Positions 50,933 to 50,975 of a stretch of DNA of 50,975 nt are shown piece after piece. The stretch comes from Methanobacteriota archaeon (lineage in GTDB: Archaea; Thermoplasmatota; Thermoplasmata; RBG-16-68-12). Position 1 is the first letter of the stretch, and each line of letters opens with the position of its first letter. The notes below the pieces were generated by a model, which ran no database searches, was not told the DNA's origin, and saw only the letters and a program-made list of their open reading frames with translations. The translations under genes and the position numbers were made by a program. The stretch covers positions 1 through 50,975 of the forward strand of contig VBMG01000040.1 of the NCBI GenBank assembly GCA_005878485.1, read 5' to 3'.

Positions 50933-50975
50933 GGCGGTGCCAAGGGAGCCGGCGGAATGAACCTTGCGACGCCGT

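Noticed and set aside
1-50975. tRNA, rRNA, RNase P/SRP RNA or transposase/integrase genes
   Set aside because: I scanned all non-coding gaps longer than 70 nt by eye for T-loop (GTTCRANYC) plus acceptor pairing and found nothing. No IS-type inverted repeats or recombinase ORFs were seen. A covariance-model scan would be needed for certainty.

Overview
GC-rich chromosomal segment that reads as archaeal. Markers are GatD and GatE (the archaea-specific Glu-tRNA(Gln) amidotransferase), a Sulfolobus/Thermoplasma-type zinc ferredoxin, AlaX, a DUF504-type protein, and TATA-like boxes about 31 nt upstream of start codons (leaderless geometry). I support about 43 protein genes. I found no rRNA, tRNA or CRISPR array by eye. 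Long ORFs antisense to good genes are common and look like stop-poor GC artefacts. Two regions stand out. (1) 4.7-7.8 kb, minus strand: a tightly coupled operon of an ARC/Mpa-like AAA ATPase, a Pup-ligase/deamidase (PafA/Dop) family enzyme and a 58-aa Pup/UBact-like ORF. This is a bacterial-style pupylation module in an archaeal context. A lower-GC free-standing LAGLIDADG homing endonuclease and an M16 peptidase pair (one active, one inactive subunit) follow it. (2) 9.3-28.6 kb: four paralogous genes share a ~90-aa cytoplasmic module. Two are very large single-pass membrane proteins of 1442 and 3848 aa. The 3848-aa protein joins a ~2300-aa repetitive, sequon-rich extracellular region to a ~1400-aa cytoplasmic coiled coil, and shares a twin C-terminal motif and a promoter architecture with a soluble paralogue. 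Other notable items are a peroxiredoxin interrupted by one in-frame TAG, a membrane-anchored protein with two exact RanBP2-type zinc fingers, and bidirectional TATA elements between divergent leaderless genes. The rest is housekeeping: mevalonate decarboxylase, HDAC, Cys/Met PLP enzyme, ZIP transporter, LarE-like, ThrC, radical SAM, GNATs, acyl-CoA dehydrogenase, methyltransferase, MDH, SDR. All functional calls come from motif recognition by eye; no searches were run.
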